DNA of 40,280 bases from a virus (lineage: Duplodnaviria; Caudoviricetes): the IMG/VR virus record IMGVR_UViG_3300020045_016970, positions 1-40,280 of that record; one strand, given 5' to 3'. Both the position numbers and the translations under genes were made by a program. Shown in pieces: positions 1 through 8,412 of the stretch (positions are counted from its first letter, which is position 1; each line of letters begins with the position of its first letter). Below the pieces are notes generated by a model. It did not search any database and was not told the DNA's origin. It worked only from the letters and a program-made list of their open reading frames with translations.

Positions 1-162
1 GTGTTCTTCGGCTTCGAGGGAGTGGGGGAGGGTGCGCCCAAAGGATGGTGTTGGGTGTGTGCCGTTGACGCCGGACGCTTTGACGCCGAGGGCGATGGCT
101 TCGGCCGCTTCTTGCGGGGAGATGACCGGGCGGGCGGTTTCGAATGATTCGGCGGGGGTCAT
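1..162 (-). CDS. Partial DnaB-like helicase/replication protein, N-terminus only (runs off the window)
   Basis: Manually translated from ATG 162, which overlaps the TGA of the upstream gene: MTPAESF...GRTLPHSLEAEEH. LPHSLEAE matches the PPHSxEAEQ start of the DnaB N-terminal domain. Confidence 0.6.
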   Translation of the reverse strand, partial: MTPAESFETARPVISPQEAAEAIALGVKASGVNGTHPTPSFGRTLPHSLEAEEH

Positions 163-464
163 GGTTGAAGTTCTGGTTTTTTCCCCTGTTCGTAGACCCA
201 CATTTCCCACTTGGTTCGTTCGGTCATCAGGCAATACAACATCTTCTTGGTGGTTTTTTCTACGGCTTGCTGGTTGATCGAGTGAATCCATTCCCGATAC
301 GGTGCTAAAATCCTAGCGTAGATTTCCGGCTTCATTGGCAAGCTGACCCCTTTCCATTCGCATCCGACGACATGACTCTTACCTTGGAATATGCGGGTGT
401 TGTTTACGACGATGGAGCAACTGATGCCTTCCCCGAAGTCGCAGACGAATGTTTGTTTTGGCAT
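159..464 (-). CDS. Hypothetical protein (~101 aa)
   Basis: ORF track 159..527; ATG at 464 (MPKQTF) preferred; ATGA overlap with the next gene. Confidence 0.6.
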   Translation of the reverse strand: MPKQTFVCDFGEGISCSIVVNNTRIFQGKSHVVGCEWKGVSLPMKPEIYARILAPYREWIHSINQQAVEKTTKKMLYCLMTERTKWEMWVYEQGKKPELQP

Positions 465-551
465 GGCGGATAAATTATCGCCGCGCCCCGCCGAGATGGC
501 TTCATCCGCGCCAAAGGCACGGCACACCCCGGTCAGGGCGCGGCGTTTCCC

Positions 552-599
552 GTGAAGGAAAGTGAAGAGTCGGAGATGACGTGAAGAGAACTGGTGAAG
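552..599. repeat. Four GTGAAG direct repeats in intergenic DNA
   Basis: GTGAAG at 552, 562, 581 and 594, next to an inverted repeat CGCCGCGCCC/GGGCGCGGCG (~479-545). Confidence 0.45.
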
Positions 600-648
600 C
601 GCCAGTGCGTACTGAGAAGCTAACTAAAAAGCGAAACTCGCGGCGGAG

Positions 649-909
649 TCAAGAGCGGGGCGGTGGCGAAAAAATCTGTTCGCTCCAAAATTCCCCTTCG
701 ATGTGTTCGTAGAACATTCCACCCAGCGGTTTCGCGGGAGCAAAGCGCCAGACATAAGGGAGAAAGTGAACAGGTCCGCCGCGCAGTTGAAAGATTACGA
801 TGTCCGGTTCCGATGCAGGGGTTTCGCGATACCAGTAAAAGCCGCTTCGGCTCGGGAGTTTCTTCGTCCAAACTGCAATTTCCGGGGCAATCACTTGATC
901 GGCATTCAT
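649..909 (-). CDS. Hypothetical protein (86 aa, Trp-rich, PSRSGFYWYR motif)
   Basis: C-terminal part of track ORF 649..1650; ATG 909 overlaps the resolvase stop. Confidence 0.65.
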   Translation of the reverse strand: MNADQVIAPEIAVWTKKLPSRSGFYWYRETPASEPDIVIFQLRGGPVHFLPYVWRFAPAKPLGGMFYEHIEGEFWSEQIFSPPPRS

Positions 910-1517
910 GCGGCGAGGTCGGCAAGCGCCGGGTGACGTTCGAGCAGTTTTCCCACCGTCGAGAGCGACACCCCGCCCAAGTCGCGGCGAAGCTGGCGCA
1001 GTCCGACGCCCCCGGTGGAGATGCGCCAGGCGTCGATCTTCTCGCGCCAGTCGGGGACGAGGCGCGTGGACGGGTGGCCGAGGATGACGCCGCGAGCGCG
1101 GGCCGAGGCGAGGCCGGCTTTGGTGCGCTCGATCAGGCGGGCGCGTTCCATCTTCGCAATCGTCGCGGAAAACGTGATGAGGACATCGCGCATCGGGTTG
1201 TCCGCCGAGGTGTCGAGCCAGCTTTCTTGCGCCGAGATGACCGAGATGCCGCGTTTGTTCAGCGACTCCATGATGGTCAGGGCTTCGAGCGCACCGCCGC
1301 GTCCGAGGCGGTCGAGTGCCCAGACGAGGAGGACATCGTAGCCGTCGGCGGCGAGCAGGGCTTCGAGGGCGGGGCGACGCTTGGCCCCGCTTTCGATTTC
1401 TTCGACGACTTTGACGAGGGTGAAGCCGCGAGCGGCGGCGAGTTTCTTCAGGTCGGCGACTTGGTTGGTGGTATTTTGCCCTGATGTAGAAATGCGGCTG
1501 TAAATCGCGGCGGTCAT
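906..1517 (-). CDS. Small serine recombinase (resolvase/invertase family) with C-terminal HTH
   Basis: YSRIST catalytic Ser motif, ESGAKRRPAL, LDRLGR, AKMERARLIERTKAGL...ARARG..LG.P; HTH-like C-terminus; 203 aa. Confidence 0.93.
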   Translation of the reverse strand: MTAAIYSRISTSGQNTTNQVADLKKLAAARGFTLVKVVEEIESGAKRRPALEALLAADGYDVLLVWALDRLGRGGALEALTIMESLNKRGISVISAQESWLDTSADNPMRDVLITFSATIAKMERARLIERTKAGLASARARGVILGHPSTRLVPDWREKIDAWRISTGGVGLRQLRRDLGGVSLSTVGKLLERHPALADLAA

Positions 1518-1906
1518 GGCTGCGTCTCCTTTGGCAAAGCGTCACGGACTGCGCGCAGCATTTGGCATCCTTCAGAGAATAGCATTTCCGGCCCTTCTGG
1601 GCCATCCCACCAAGCAAGAACAAGGCGTAGGGCTTTCCATGCGATGTCACGCTCGTCCATGTGCCGTTTGTTTTCGTCGCAAAAGAAGTGGCGTTGGGAA
1701 ATGGCTTCGGCGAGTTCGGCGCGCAGTGTTGCGATTTCCTCGCACGGCATCTCTCGATACCAACCTTCCGTTGACCACGAGCCTTTCCACTTAGATTTGT
1801 GCGTTTCAGCAGTCGCTTTATCTAAGGTCACGAAATCATAAGTATTCCGCTGGCCGCTGCCGCAGTCAATGCCATCAGTGTGGCCGCAAAGGTAAATTAC
1901 GTTCAT
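1514..1906 (-). CDS. Hypothetical protein (130 aa)
   Basis: ORF with overlapping start/stop on both sides in a tightly packed operon. Confidence 0.7.
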   Translation of the reverse strand: MNVIYLCGHTDGIDCGSGQRNTYDFVTLDKATAETHKSKWKGSWSTEGWYREMPCEEIATLRAELAEAISQRHFFCDENKRHMDERDIAWKALRLVLAWWDGPEGPEMLFSEGCQMLRAVRDALPKETQP

Positions 1907-2073
1907 GGCGCGGCCTTTTTCTTGCTGGGCTGACCATAGGCCAGCCCGTAGTGGTGCCGAAGCGCGTGATTCACCTCTTGGGGAACCGTGCGGTTGCCCG
2001 CCTCGGCGCGTTGCTTTACTTCGCGCGCCACGTCAGGGACGAGGCGCGGTTGAACTTCACGTTTTGTAGCCAT
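1903..2073 (-). CDS. Arc-like ribbon-helix-helix regulator
   Basis: VQPRLVPDVAREVKQRAEAGNRTVPQEVNHALR resembles P22 Arc FNLRWPREVLDLVRKVAEENGRSVNSEI; ATG 2073 preferred. Confidence 0.7.
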   Translation of the reverse strand: MATKREVQPRLVPDVAREVKQRAEAGNRTVPQEVNHALRHHYGLAYGQPSKKKAAP

Positions 2074-2110
2074 GTCACAAGTCGTGACGGGGCGTGACGG
2101 GGATGGCAAG
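2074..2110 (-). promoter_or_regulatory. Putative promoter/operator for the Arc-like gene
   Basis: GTCAC-N5-GTGAC inverted repeat (2074-2088), tandem CGTGACGGGG x2 (2083-2102), TTGCCA -35-like hexamer on the minus strand. Confidence 0.45.
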
Positions 2111-2154
2111 GGAAATCTTTTGCGGGGCGTTTACCCTGCCGTGTATCCACTTTG

Positions 2155-2661
2155 TCAGAACGGCACGGTCGCGTCTAGCTCCTCGTCAATCTTAGACCGT
2201 GGCTCAACCGGCTTCGGCACACGCGGCGTCTGCGCGAGATTCACCCGCTCCGTCGTGTCGCTGGTGGCGGTCGGCACGTCGCCGGTGAGGGTGCCGTGCT
2301 GCTGGTGGTAATAGGTGCGGGCGGCGTTGAGGAGAAGCGTGTCGGCGGGGCGCGGCGTGAAAGGTGTGCCGTCGTCTTTGAGTTTGGCGGCCCTTTCTTC
2401 GGCATACCAGGCAAGCGAGCGGTCGGTGAGATTCTTCAGTGCGACATTCAAATTTTTCCCGAAATGCACCAAAATTTCTCCTGCTGAATCTATAATCATC
2501 GCGGGCTGCGGAATGACAGGCATGACGCCGGCCGGCTGCGGCGGCAGCGTTGACGGCGGGTAGACGCGGGGCGCGGGAGCAGGCGGTGCGGGCGGGCGGG
2601 ATTCGAGCGCGGTGCGGATCGCGCGCAGTTCGGTCAGGAGATCATCAAGAGTAGCAGACAT
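2155..2661 (-). CDS. Hypothetical protein with DUF3820-like FGK motif and SSB-like acidic tail
   Basis: HFGKNLNVALKNLTDRSLAWYA resembles the FGKxKG...YLxW motif; ends DEELDATVPF. Confidence 0.6.
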   Translation of the reverse strand: MSATLDDLLTELRAIRTALESRPPAPPAPAPRVYPPSTLPPQPAGVMPVIPQPAMIIDSAGEILVHFGKNLNVALKNLTDRSLAWYAEERAAKLKDDGTPFTPRPADTLLLNAARTYYHQQHGTLTGDVPTATSDTTERVNLAQTPRVPKPVEPRSKIDEELDATVPF

Positions 2662-2667
2662 GGTATT

Positions 2668-2859
2668 TTACGGTTTCTGGATGGCGGAAAGATTGGCGCG
2701 CAGCCAAGTCGTGCGCTGCGCTACGGGCGTTTCTTTTTCGCCCCACCACGGCGGAAACCACGCGGTGCCGGCGGGGAGTTTGCCGTGGGTGCAGGTCGGG
2801 CCGGCGCGGGTGGCGACAATGTTGACGGCGCGGCAGAGGGGGCAGAGGTTGGGCATCAT
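2668..2859 (-). CDS. Small Cys-containing hypothetical protein
   Basis: 63 aa, CPLC...CTH; ATGA coupling. Confidence 0.55.
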   Translation of the reverse strand: MMPNLCPLCRAVNIVATRAGPTCTHGKLPAGTAWFPPWWGEKETPVAQRTTWLRANLSAIQKP

Positions 2860-3083
2860 AACGAAAAGTCCGGTTTTCCGCCACGGTCGATGGCAATCTG
2901 ATCCAGCCGCAATCCGGTGATGCGGTGGATACCAATCACGTCAGACAGCGCGCCGTGCCAGTCGGAGTTGATGCGGCTGGCCCCGTCCTCGTCGGTCACG
3001 CGACTGGAAATCGTGAAAGCGTCGAAGTGGACAAGGAGGATGGCCTTGGCTTCAGAGAGGGCGGATTCTTCGGCGGGGGTCAT
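2856..3083 (-). CDS. Hypothetical protein (75 aa)
   Basis: Translationally coupled ORF. Confidence 0.65.
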   Translation of the reverse strand: MTPAEESALSEAKAILLVHFDAFTISSRVTDEDGASRINSDWHGALSDVIGIHRITGLRLDQIAIDRGGKPDFSL

Positions 3084-3307
3084 GGCTCATCCCCCTTCTC
3101 CCGTTCCGCAAGAATCTCCTCGGTGGTCTTCGTGCGCAGCGCCGCCTTTTGGGCGCACCATTGCGAGACGGCACCATCCCAGTCGGCGAGTTTCCATTCG
3201 GTGGGCGCGTGGGCGATGGTGAGCATCATTTCCGCATCTTCAACAAGTTCACGCAGCGCCAGGCACTCATGGACAATGGGCGGGATGTTCAGGTCGGGCG
3301 TTTTCAT
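3080..3307 (-). CDS. Hypothetical protein (75 aa)
   Basis: Translationally coupled ORF. Confidence 0.65.
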   Translation of the reverse strand: MKTPDLNIPPIVHECLALRELVEDAEMMLTIAHAPTEWKLADWDGAVSQWCAQKAALRTKTTEEILAEREKGDEP

Positions 3308-3579
3308 ATCGCGTAATCGAGTTGTTTTGTTTCGGCGATGGCCCGCGCCAGCGTCGCCCCTTCAAGAACAATATGTTGCCCCTCGCGGCCGGCGCGGCGA
3401 ACGTGTGGGCGGCGCATATCGAGGTGGAGGGCGGTGGCCATGAGCCGTTCTATGGAATCATCAATCAGCCAGCCCTGCTGCGGCTCCTTGCCGATGCGCT
3501 TACAGAGCAGCAGCACCTGTTCGCCGTGGAACGCGGCGAGGAAGGCGCTGGGGGCGTGGCCCGGGGTGAAGAGGGTCAT
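3304..3579 (-). CDS. Hypothetical protein (91 aa)
   Basis: Translationally coupled ORF. Confidence 0.65.
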   Translation of the reverse strand: MTLFTPGHAPSAFLAAFHGEQVLLLCKRIGKEPQQGWLIDDSIERLMATALHLDMRRPHVRRAGREGQHIVLEGATLARAIAETKQLDYAI

Positions 3580-3797
3580 TGCGGCTTTTCTGGTGGAGGC
3601 GTTGAGACGACGATGCTGACATCATCGCCCACGAGTTCCGCGGTCCATTCATCGGCGTTCCAGAAAATCGAGGCGGTCGGGAACATCGCGGCGCAGTGGC
3701 GGAAGGTCGAGCGCGCGGCGTCGTTGTCGAGGCACGCGATGGCAAGGGCGAGCCGTTCCATGCGGTCGCGGAAGTCGGGTTCGGCGGGCGGGGTCAT
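3576..3797 (-). CDS. Hypothetical protein (73 aa)
   Basis: Translationally coupled ORF. Confidence 0.65.
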   Translation of the reverse strand: MTPPAEPDFRDRMERLALAIACLDNDAARSTFRHCAAMFPTASIFWNADEWTAELVGDDVSIVVSTPPPEKPQ

Positions 3798-4324
3798 GGC
3801 GGCGGCTCCGGTTGGCTGCCGCGCAGCAGGTCGTTCGCCGATTCAACCACTTCGCGCGCCGCCCACCAAATCATGCGTTCGATTTCAAGCGCAGCTTCGG
3901 CGGGTGTGGGGAAAAAAACGAACGGGATTCCGTAGCGGATTTCAAATGCCGAGAGAGTGGAGAACACCACCTTGGGATTGAGTTGGCTTCGATATTCACC
4001 ACGGGCGATGGCGTCGCGGTCCCCGACGATTACGAGCCGTTTTAACTTGTATCCAGACAAACGATGCAGCTCCCACTCGAATCTGTCGCGGTTGGAGTTG
4101 ACGCAGCAACTTACCAGATCGGGAATTGATTTTCTCTCAAATGCGACTTGCTCCTCAAGTCCGAGTGCGGAATAGTCACCGGCTTTTAGCGCGGTACGGA
4201 CAGATGGTAGGCGAGTGAACACGAGGGCGTCCTGTTCTCTGGTGTCGGTGATGATTGTTGGTCTGAGATCCGCGAGCTTGCCCAGCCCGCGCAGCGCCGG
4301 AAGAGTTTCGAGTTCGTCGCTCAT
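3794..4324 (-). CDS. ERCC4 (XPF/Mus81-like) domain nuclease
   Basis: ITDTREQ, AGDYS, FERKSIPDL motifs of the ERKxxxD nuclease family. Confidence 0.9.
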   Translation of the reverse strand: MSDELETLPALRGLGKLADLRPTIITDTREQDALVFTRLPSVRTALKAGDYSALGLEEQVAFERKSIPDLVSCCVNSNRDRFEWELHRLSGYKLKRLVIVGDRDAIARGEYRSQLNPKVVFSTLSAFEIRYGIPFVFFPTPAEAALEIERMIWWAAREVVESANDLLRGSQPEPPP

Positions 4325-4572
4325 TGGTGGTGCTCATCGTTGAGCTGCCAGTTTTCAGTTGGTGTGATCGGCTTGGGCGCGTCGTAATTCGGTTCTTCGT
4401 CGTCTTTCTTCGGTCGCTCCCACTGCCAGCCGTTGTTTGCGCAGTCGGGACATGGTGGGTCAAAAGTCCATCCCAAACACTTTCGGCACCGTTTTCGCGT
4501 CCAGCCGAGTGCCAGCAACTTCGCTACCGCTTCATCGACGTTGATGATTTGGATGGCCTCACTTTGGGTCAT
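4321..4572 (-). CDS. Hypothetical protein with CxxC...CxxC zinc finger
   Basis: CRKCLG...CPDCANNG. Confidence 0.65.
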   Translation of the reverse strand: MTQSEAIQIINVDEAVAKLLALGWTRKRCRKCLGWTFDPPCPDCANNGWQWERPKKDDEEPNYDAPKPITPTENWQLNDEHHQ

Positions 4573-4781
4573 AATCCCGCCTCCAGGTTTTCAATCCGCC
4601 GTTCCAGTTCAAGGGCGTGCTTGTTCATGTCGTGCAGGTAGTCGCAGAGGCCGACGATGATTACTCCGTTGTGGTCTGTCGCGTTTTCGCCCAGCAACAA
4701 TATGCCGCGCTTGGCCGCTTCGTTCAGCACATGGCTGTAAGGCGGCGCGGGCGGCATGTCGGTTATGCGGATGGCGCGCAT
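4569..4781 (-). CDS. Hypothetical protein (70 aa)
   Basis: Coupled ORF with coiled-coil C-terminus. Confidence 0.6.
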   Translation of the reverse strand: MRAIRITDMPPAPPYSHVLNEAAKRGILLLGENATDHNGVIIVGLCDYLHDMNKHALELERRIENLEAGL

Positions 4782-5101
4782 GATTTTCTCGCGTCCCGCG
4801 TGTGCCGCGCCACCGTGTTGGTCGAAACGCCAACCTCACGCGCAATCTGTTGCAGCGACAACCCGGCGTTGGATTTCCGCACCATCTCCGCCGCCTGTTC
4901 AGGATGCACGCGATAGGCGTAGTCGTTGCTGTGTTTCCCCGGCGCGCGGTTGGGTGCGTCCTGGGTGAGCGGGCCACCGCCAGATTTCATAAATCGCTGG
5001 CAACCGCGTTCAACAAAATCAAGCACTCCTTCCATTGCTGTCATGTAGCCCCCTTGGTTGAAAGCCGAGAGGTGAGATTGATGATGGGAAATCATGCTCA
5101 T
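4763..5101 (-). CDS. HTH DNA-binding protein
   Basis: C-terminal GLSLQQIAREVGVSTNTVARH; ATG 5101 overlaps the upstream TGA. Confidence 0.7.
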   Translation of the reverse strand: MSMISHHQSHLSAFNQGGYMTAMEGVLDFVERGCQRFMKSGGGPLTQDAPNRAPGKHSNDYAYRVHPEQAAEMVRKSNAGLSLQQIAREVGVSTNTVARHTRDARKSCAPSA

Positions 5102-5292
5102 GGGATTCTGAGTTTGAGTTTTACCTGTGCGCGAATTTGGTCGGGAGAATCGTCGGTCGAGAAGCCGAGGAGCGCCCCGCAAATGGTCAGCTTCGTCGCC
5201 ATCGCGTTGAGTCCGTGGTTTGCGTCGGAGAGCGCGGCGCGCAACCGGGCGTTTTCAGCTTCAAGTGAAGCAAATGATGGCGCGTCAATCAT
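5098..5292 (-). CDS. Hypothetical coiled-coil protein (64 aa)
   Basis: ATG 5292 (MIDAPSF); LEAENARLRAAL. Confidence 0.6.
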   Translation of the reverse strand: MIDAPSFASLEAENARLRAALSDANHGLNAMATKLTICGALLGFSTDDSPDQIRAQVKLKLRIP

Positions 5293-6094
5293 TGTGATTG
5301 TTCGGCTGCACATTTCTCCACGATTCATTGAGCATCCGAAAAAGCTGATCGGTTGGAATCGGCAGCGGGACGCTCCCATTGTGCTGCACGACAAGGCGGG
5401 TGTCCACCATCAAGGGGATGTCGCTCTTTCGGCACAACGCGCAGAAGCCATAGTCTTCGGCGACATGGAGGTTTGGTTCAGGGTTTTTCTCCAACAGAAT
5501 GCGGAGAATTTCAATACTTGGAATTGAGTCTTCCGCGTATGCCAGTCCCCGGAGTTCATCCAATCGGGCTTCTGGTGTGTTGGGTCCAGCTAACCCTGTT
5601 GGAAAAAACTCAAACACCGTCCGCCAGTTTCCATTGGCATCGCGTAATAATCCTTCGCGGTCAGGATTGTCATTTGCCAGTTCGAGCAACGCGCTCACTT
5701 TGATCTTGGAAAAACCAATGGCGCACTGATTGACGCGCAGCAGTCCGTTGGCATTCGCTTTTTCCTCTTTTGACCACACCTTCAGGTGCCAGAACGTATC
5801 AAGCGCCCGCTGGCAGTAAAGCCCGGCGACCACCGGAACGTCATGGCAAAGGATGCGGGTCAGGTCGACCAACCGCACATTCAGGTCTTTGTCCACCATC
5901 ACCACTTCGTCGAAGTTTTTGACGATGGCGTGGTCGGCGATTTCGTTGCGGGCCTGGTGGACTGGCGCCCCCTCCAAAAACGAAAGGGTGAGTTTTACGC
6001 CGTCGATTTTCGCCTTCGCGATTTCCAGCCAGTTGGTGACGAAACCAGAGGAGAGTTCGCCTTTCAGCGGGACGGCTAGAAGGACGCGGCGCAT
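5285..6094 (-). CDS. GT-A fold (GT2-like) glycosyltransferase, paralog A
   Basis: HQARNEIA, DxD (VDKD), GFSKIK, AEDYGFC...DTRLVVQHNG. Confidence 0.8.
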   Translation of the reverse strand: MRRVLLAVPLKGELSSGFVTNWLEIAKAKIDGVKLTLSFLEGAPVHQARNEIADHAIVKNFDEVVMVDKDLNVRLVDLTRILCHDVPVVAGLYCQRALDTFWHLKVWSKEEKANANGLLRVNQCAIGFSKIKVSALLELANDNPDREGLLRDANGNWRTVFEFFPTGLAGPNTPEARLDELRGLAYAEDSIPSIEILRILLEKNPEPNLHVAEDYGFCALCRKSDIPLMVDTRLVVQHNGSVPLPIPTDQLFRMLNESWRNVQPNNHND

Positions 6095-6096
6095 GG

Positions 6097-6732
6097 TTAG
6101 ATTCGCGCCACCGCGTAAATCGGGTCCGCCTCACACTCGGCCAGCTCCACCTGAACCTTGTCGTAAATCTTGAAGATGCGCCGCCCTTTCCACATCGAGG
6201 CTGTGCGGCCGTCGGGAAGCTGGATGACAACGAGCGCGCGATTAGGGCAGAGCGCCCACACGGTTGCGTCGGCTTTGACCGGCCAGCCTTTCACGGATTC
6301 AAGCGGGGTTGGCGCTGGCGGCGGTGCGGGTGGCGGCGGTGGCACAGTTGCCGGTGTCTGAACCACTGGTGCTGTCACAATCGGCGCGATTGGTTCTGGC
6401 GCGGGCGATGCTATTTCAGGTTGTGGAAACGGAGTGGTCGTTTCCGCTTGAGATGCCGGCGGCTCGCCAGACTCATCCCATGCCAGCGTTCGCACAGGGT
6501 CCGGCGGCGGCTCGTGGGTTTCGCCAAGTTCCAGGGCCAGCTTTGCGTAAAACGGCTCCGATGCATTGTTGTAGATGAGCGCCAGCCGCGCGTCCCAGAT
6601 GGTGATGCCGTACTCAGTGGCAATTTCCCGCGCGCCCTTCACATCGCCCGCGATCATTTTTTGCCGTATTCTCAGCTTCGCGTTGACGAGTTGTTGTCGG
6701 GCGAGTTTTTCTGCCGGGGTGTATTTTGACAT
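6097..6732 (-). CDS. Hypothetical protein with Pro-rich linker (211 aa)
   Basis: Helical N-domain, long P/A/T linker, small beta-rich C-domain. Confidence 0.7.
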   Translation of the reverse strand: MSKYTPAEKLARQQLVNAKLRIRQKMIAGDVKGAREIATEYGITIWDARLALIYNNASEPFYAKLALELGETHEPPPDPVRTLAWDESGEPPASQAETTTPFPQPEIASPAPEPIAPIVTAPVVQTPATVPPPPPAPPPAPTPLESVKGWPVKADATVWALCPNRALVVIQLPDGRTASMWKGRRIFKIYDKVQVELAECEADPIYAVARI

Positions 6733-6881
6733 TGTGATAATTTCTGTTCCGCTTTTGCAAATGCTGATAAAAAATCAGCTAATTTACGACGCGATCCTGA
6801 CCAATAAAGATCAGGTGTTTTCTTCTCACGCCTGAATACCTTTTCGAGATATTCATGGTATCCTTTTTCGGCGTCAGTCAT
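6672..6881 (-). CDS. Hypothetical protein (possible)
   Basis: ATG 6881 coupled to the upstream TGA; overlaps the next gene by ~60 nt. Confidence 0.4.
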   Translation of the reverse strand: MTDAEKGYHEYLEKVFRREKKTPDLYWSGSRRKLADFLSAFAKAEQKLSQCQNTPRQKNSPDNNSSTRS

Positions 6882-7234
6882 TTTGTTGAAAAGAGCCTTT
6901 GCCATTCTGGATGTTCCGGCGTGCATAGAATTGCCACCTTTTGTTCGTATGTCGCATCTTCAAACGGAACGAGCCCGTAGTGTTCGTGAAACAAAGCCAG
7001 AAGTTCTTTTTTTGAGTCTACTGATGGTGTCCAGTAACCGCTGAAAACACGAGTGCATTGGGGAAAAATATCCATGTGAAGATGCATGTTTGCGCTGATA
7101 ACTCCGTTCATGGCTTCAAAATACAAGCGCGAAGAAAAATCGGGTCTTGTGTGAACCTGATGCGCCCAACACATCACGTTATGGTGGTTTTTCGTCGGGA
7201 TGAACTTCGGAAGTGGTTCGTCGAATGTGATCAT
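6878..7234 (-). CDS. Hypothetical protein (118 aa, lower GC)
   Basis: ORF track; fills the gap between GT paralog B and the Pro-rich gene. Confidence 0.6.
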   Translation of the reverse strand: MITFDEPLPKFIPTKNHHNVMCWAHQVHTRPDFSSRLYFEAMNGVISANMHLHMDIFPQCTRVFSGYWTPSVDSKKELLALFHEHYGLVPFEDATYEQKVAILCTPEHPEWQRLFSTK

Positions 7235-7255
7235 GGAATTTGCGGTCGAGCGTTT

Positions 7256-8101
7256 TCACCATTCGTCGAGGTTGTGCGTGTGCGTTGGAATATCGTTCGC
7301 CGTGGAAAGTTTGTCGGGGCCGATGGGGTACACGACATCGCCGACGTGCCCGACGATGACGCCGGTATCGCACCAGAGCGTCAGGCCGGTTTTGCGGGCG
7401 AGTGCGCAGAAGCCATAATCTTCCCCGAGGAAGCGCGATTTCGCCGGATGCTTCGCCGCCAAGATTGATTCGACCACATGGAGCGCACCCTCGGCGTTGC
7501 CATTGCCCCGCTCCTTGTTGTCGGCAATGACCTTCTTGATTCGCGCGAGCCGCCCCGCCGCCGAATTTGGACCGACCACCCCGATAGGAAAAAGTTCTGT
7601 CATCACCGCCTCCCCCTTCCCGTCGTCATCATCGTAGACGAATTCACGCTCCGGAAAACACGCGACCATCTCCTTCAGCGCAGCCACCGACGTTGCCATC
7701 ATGCCGGTGCCCATGAAATCGCAGGCGAGCAGGCCGTCGGCGCGCGGCGCGGCACCAGGCGTTTTCACCATCAGGAATTTCACCGGCCCCGACTGTTTCT
7801 TGCAGTAGGGCATCGCCACGATGTCTTCGCGGTGCGAGACGAGGCGCACCAACAATTCCGGCGTCCAGAAGTTGTCCGCGTCAATCTGGACGAGTTTCCA
7901 GTAGTCCTGCTTGATGGCGGTGTCTGCCGCGATGTTGCGAGAAATGTTGATGGCGTTGTTGCCGGATTCGAGCTGGAAGTCGAAATGGTACTCCGGGTGA
8001 TTCAGTTGCAGCGTCCGGTCGTAGGCGGAGAACCACCAGTACGGGACGCCGCCACGGGCGGAGCAGGTGATGAGGACGCGGAGTTTGGTGTTGTCGCTCA
8101 T
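7256..8101 (-). CDS. GT-A fold (GT2-like) glycosyltransferase, paralog B
   Basis: ISRNIAA, DxD (IDAD), GTGMM, GEDYGFC...CDTGVIVGHVG. Confidence 0.82.
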   Translation of the reverse strand: MSDNTKLRVLITCSARGGVPYWWFSAYDRTLQLNHPEYHFDFQLESGNNAINISRNIAADTAIKQDYWKLVQIDADNFWTPELLVRLVSHREDIVAMPYCKKQSGPVKFLMVKTPGAAPRADGLLACDFMGTGMMATSVAALKEMVACFPEREFVYDDDDGKGEAVMTELFPIGVVGPNSAAGRLARIKKVIADNKERGNGNAEGALHVVESILAAKHPAKSRFLGEDYGFCALARKTGLTLWCDTGVIVGHVGDVVYPIGPDKLSTANDIPTHTHNLDEW

Positions 8102-8412
8102 TTGCTAGGCAGGGAGAAGAGACGGTCCGACTCGCGCAGGATGAACACATGCACGGCACCCGCGTTGTTCTTGAAATTGCCGACGTACTTCGCGTTCACC
8201 GGCTCCAGCGCCTCGCCGAGCCGCAGCATGATGACTTCGATGGATTCCTTCTTCGGCTTCTCGTCGCCCTTTTCATCGTTGGCCAGCGTCCATAGCAGAC
8301 AGTTGTTGTGGCGCGGATCGATGTCGGCGGCGAGCACCTTGGTATGTATCGGCGCCGTAATGGACTGGCGCGGCAGAATCGGAAGCGACTGGGCTTGGAC
8401 GGTGAGACTCAT
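8098..8412 (-). CDS. Hypothetical phage protein (104 aa)
   Basis: ATG 8412 (MSLTVQ) coupled to the FkbM stop; ...LWTL...KYVGNF...HVF pattern seen in small phage proteins. Confidence 0.65.
   Translation of the reverse strand: MSLTVQAQSLPILPRQSITAPIHTKVLAADIDPRHNNCLLWTLANDEKGDEKPKKESIEVIMLRLGEALEPVNAKYVGNFKNNAGAVHVFILRESDRLFSLPSK

Noticed and set aside
906-1517. Serine integrase or Gin/Cin-type tail-fibre inversion system
   Set aside because: Too short for an integrase; no inverted crossover sites or reverse-oriented fibre cassettes were noticed
649-1650. 333-aa ORF as listed (likewise 8098..8913, 10120 start, 21129 start, 38425..39438)
   Set aside because: Upstream extensions overlap better-supported genes or structured DNA; internal starts coupled to neighbouring stops were chosen
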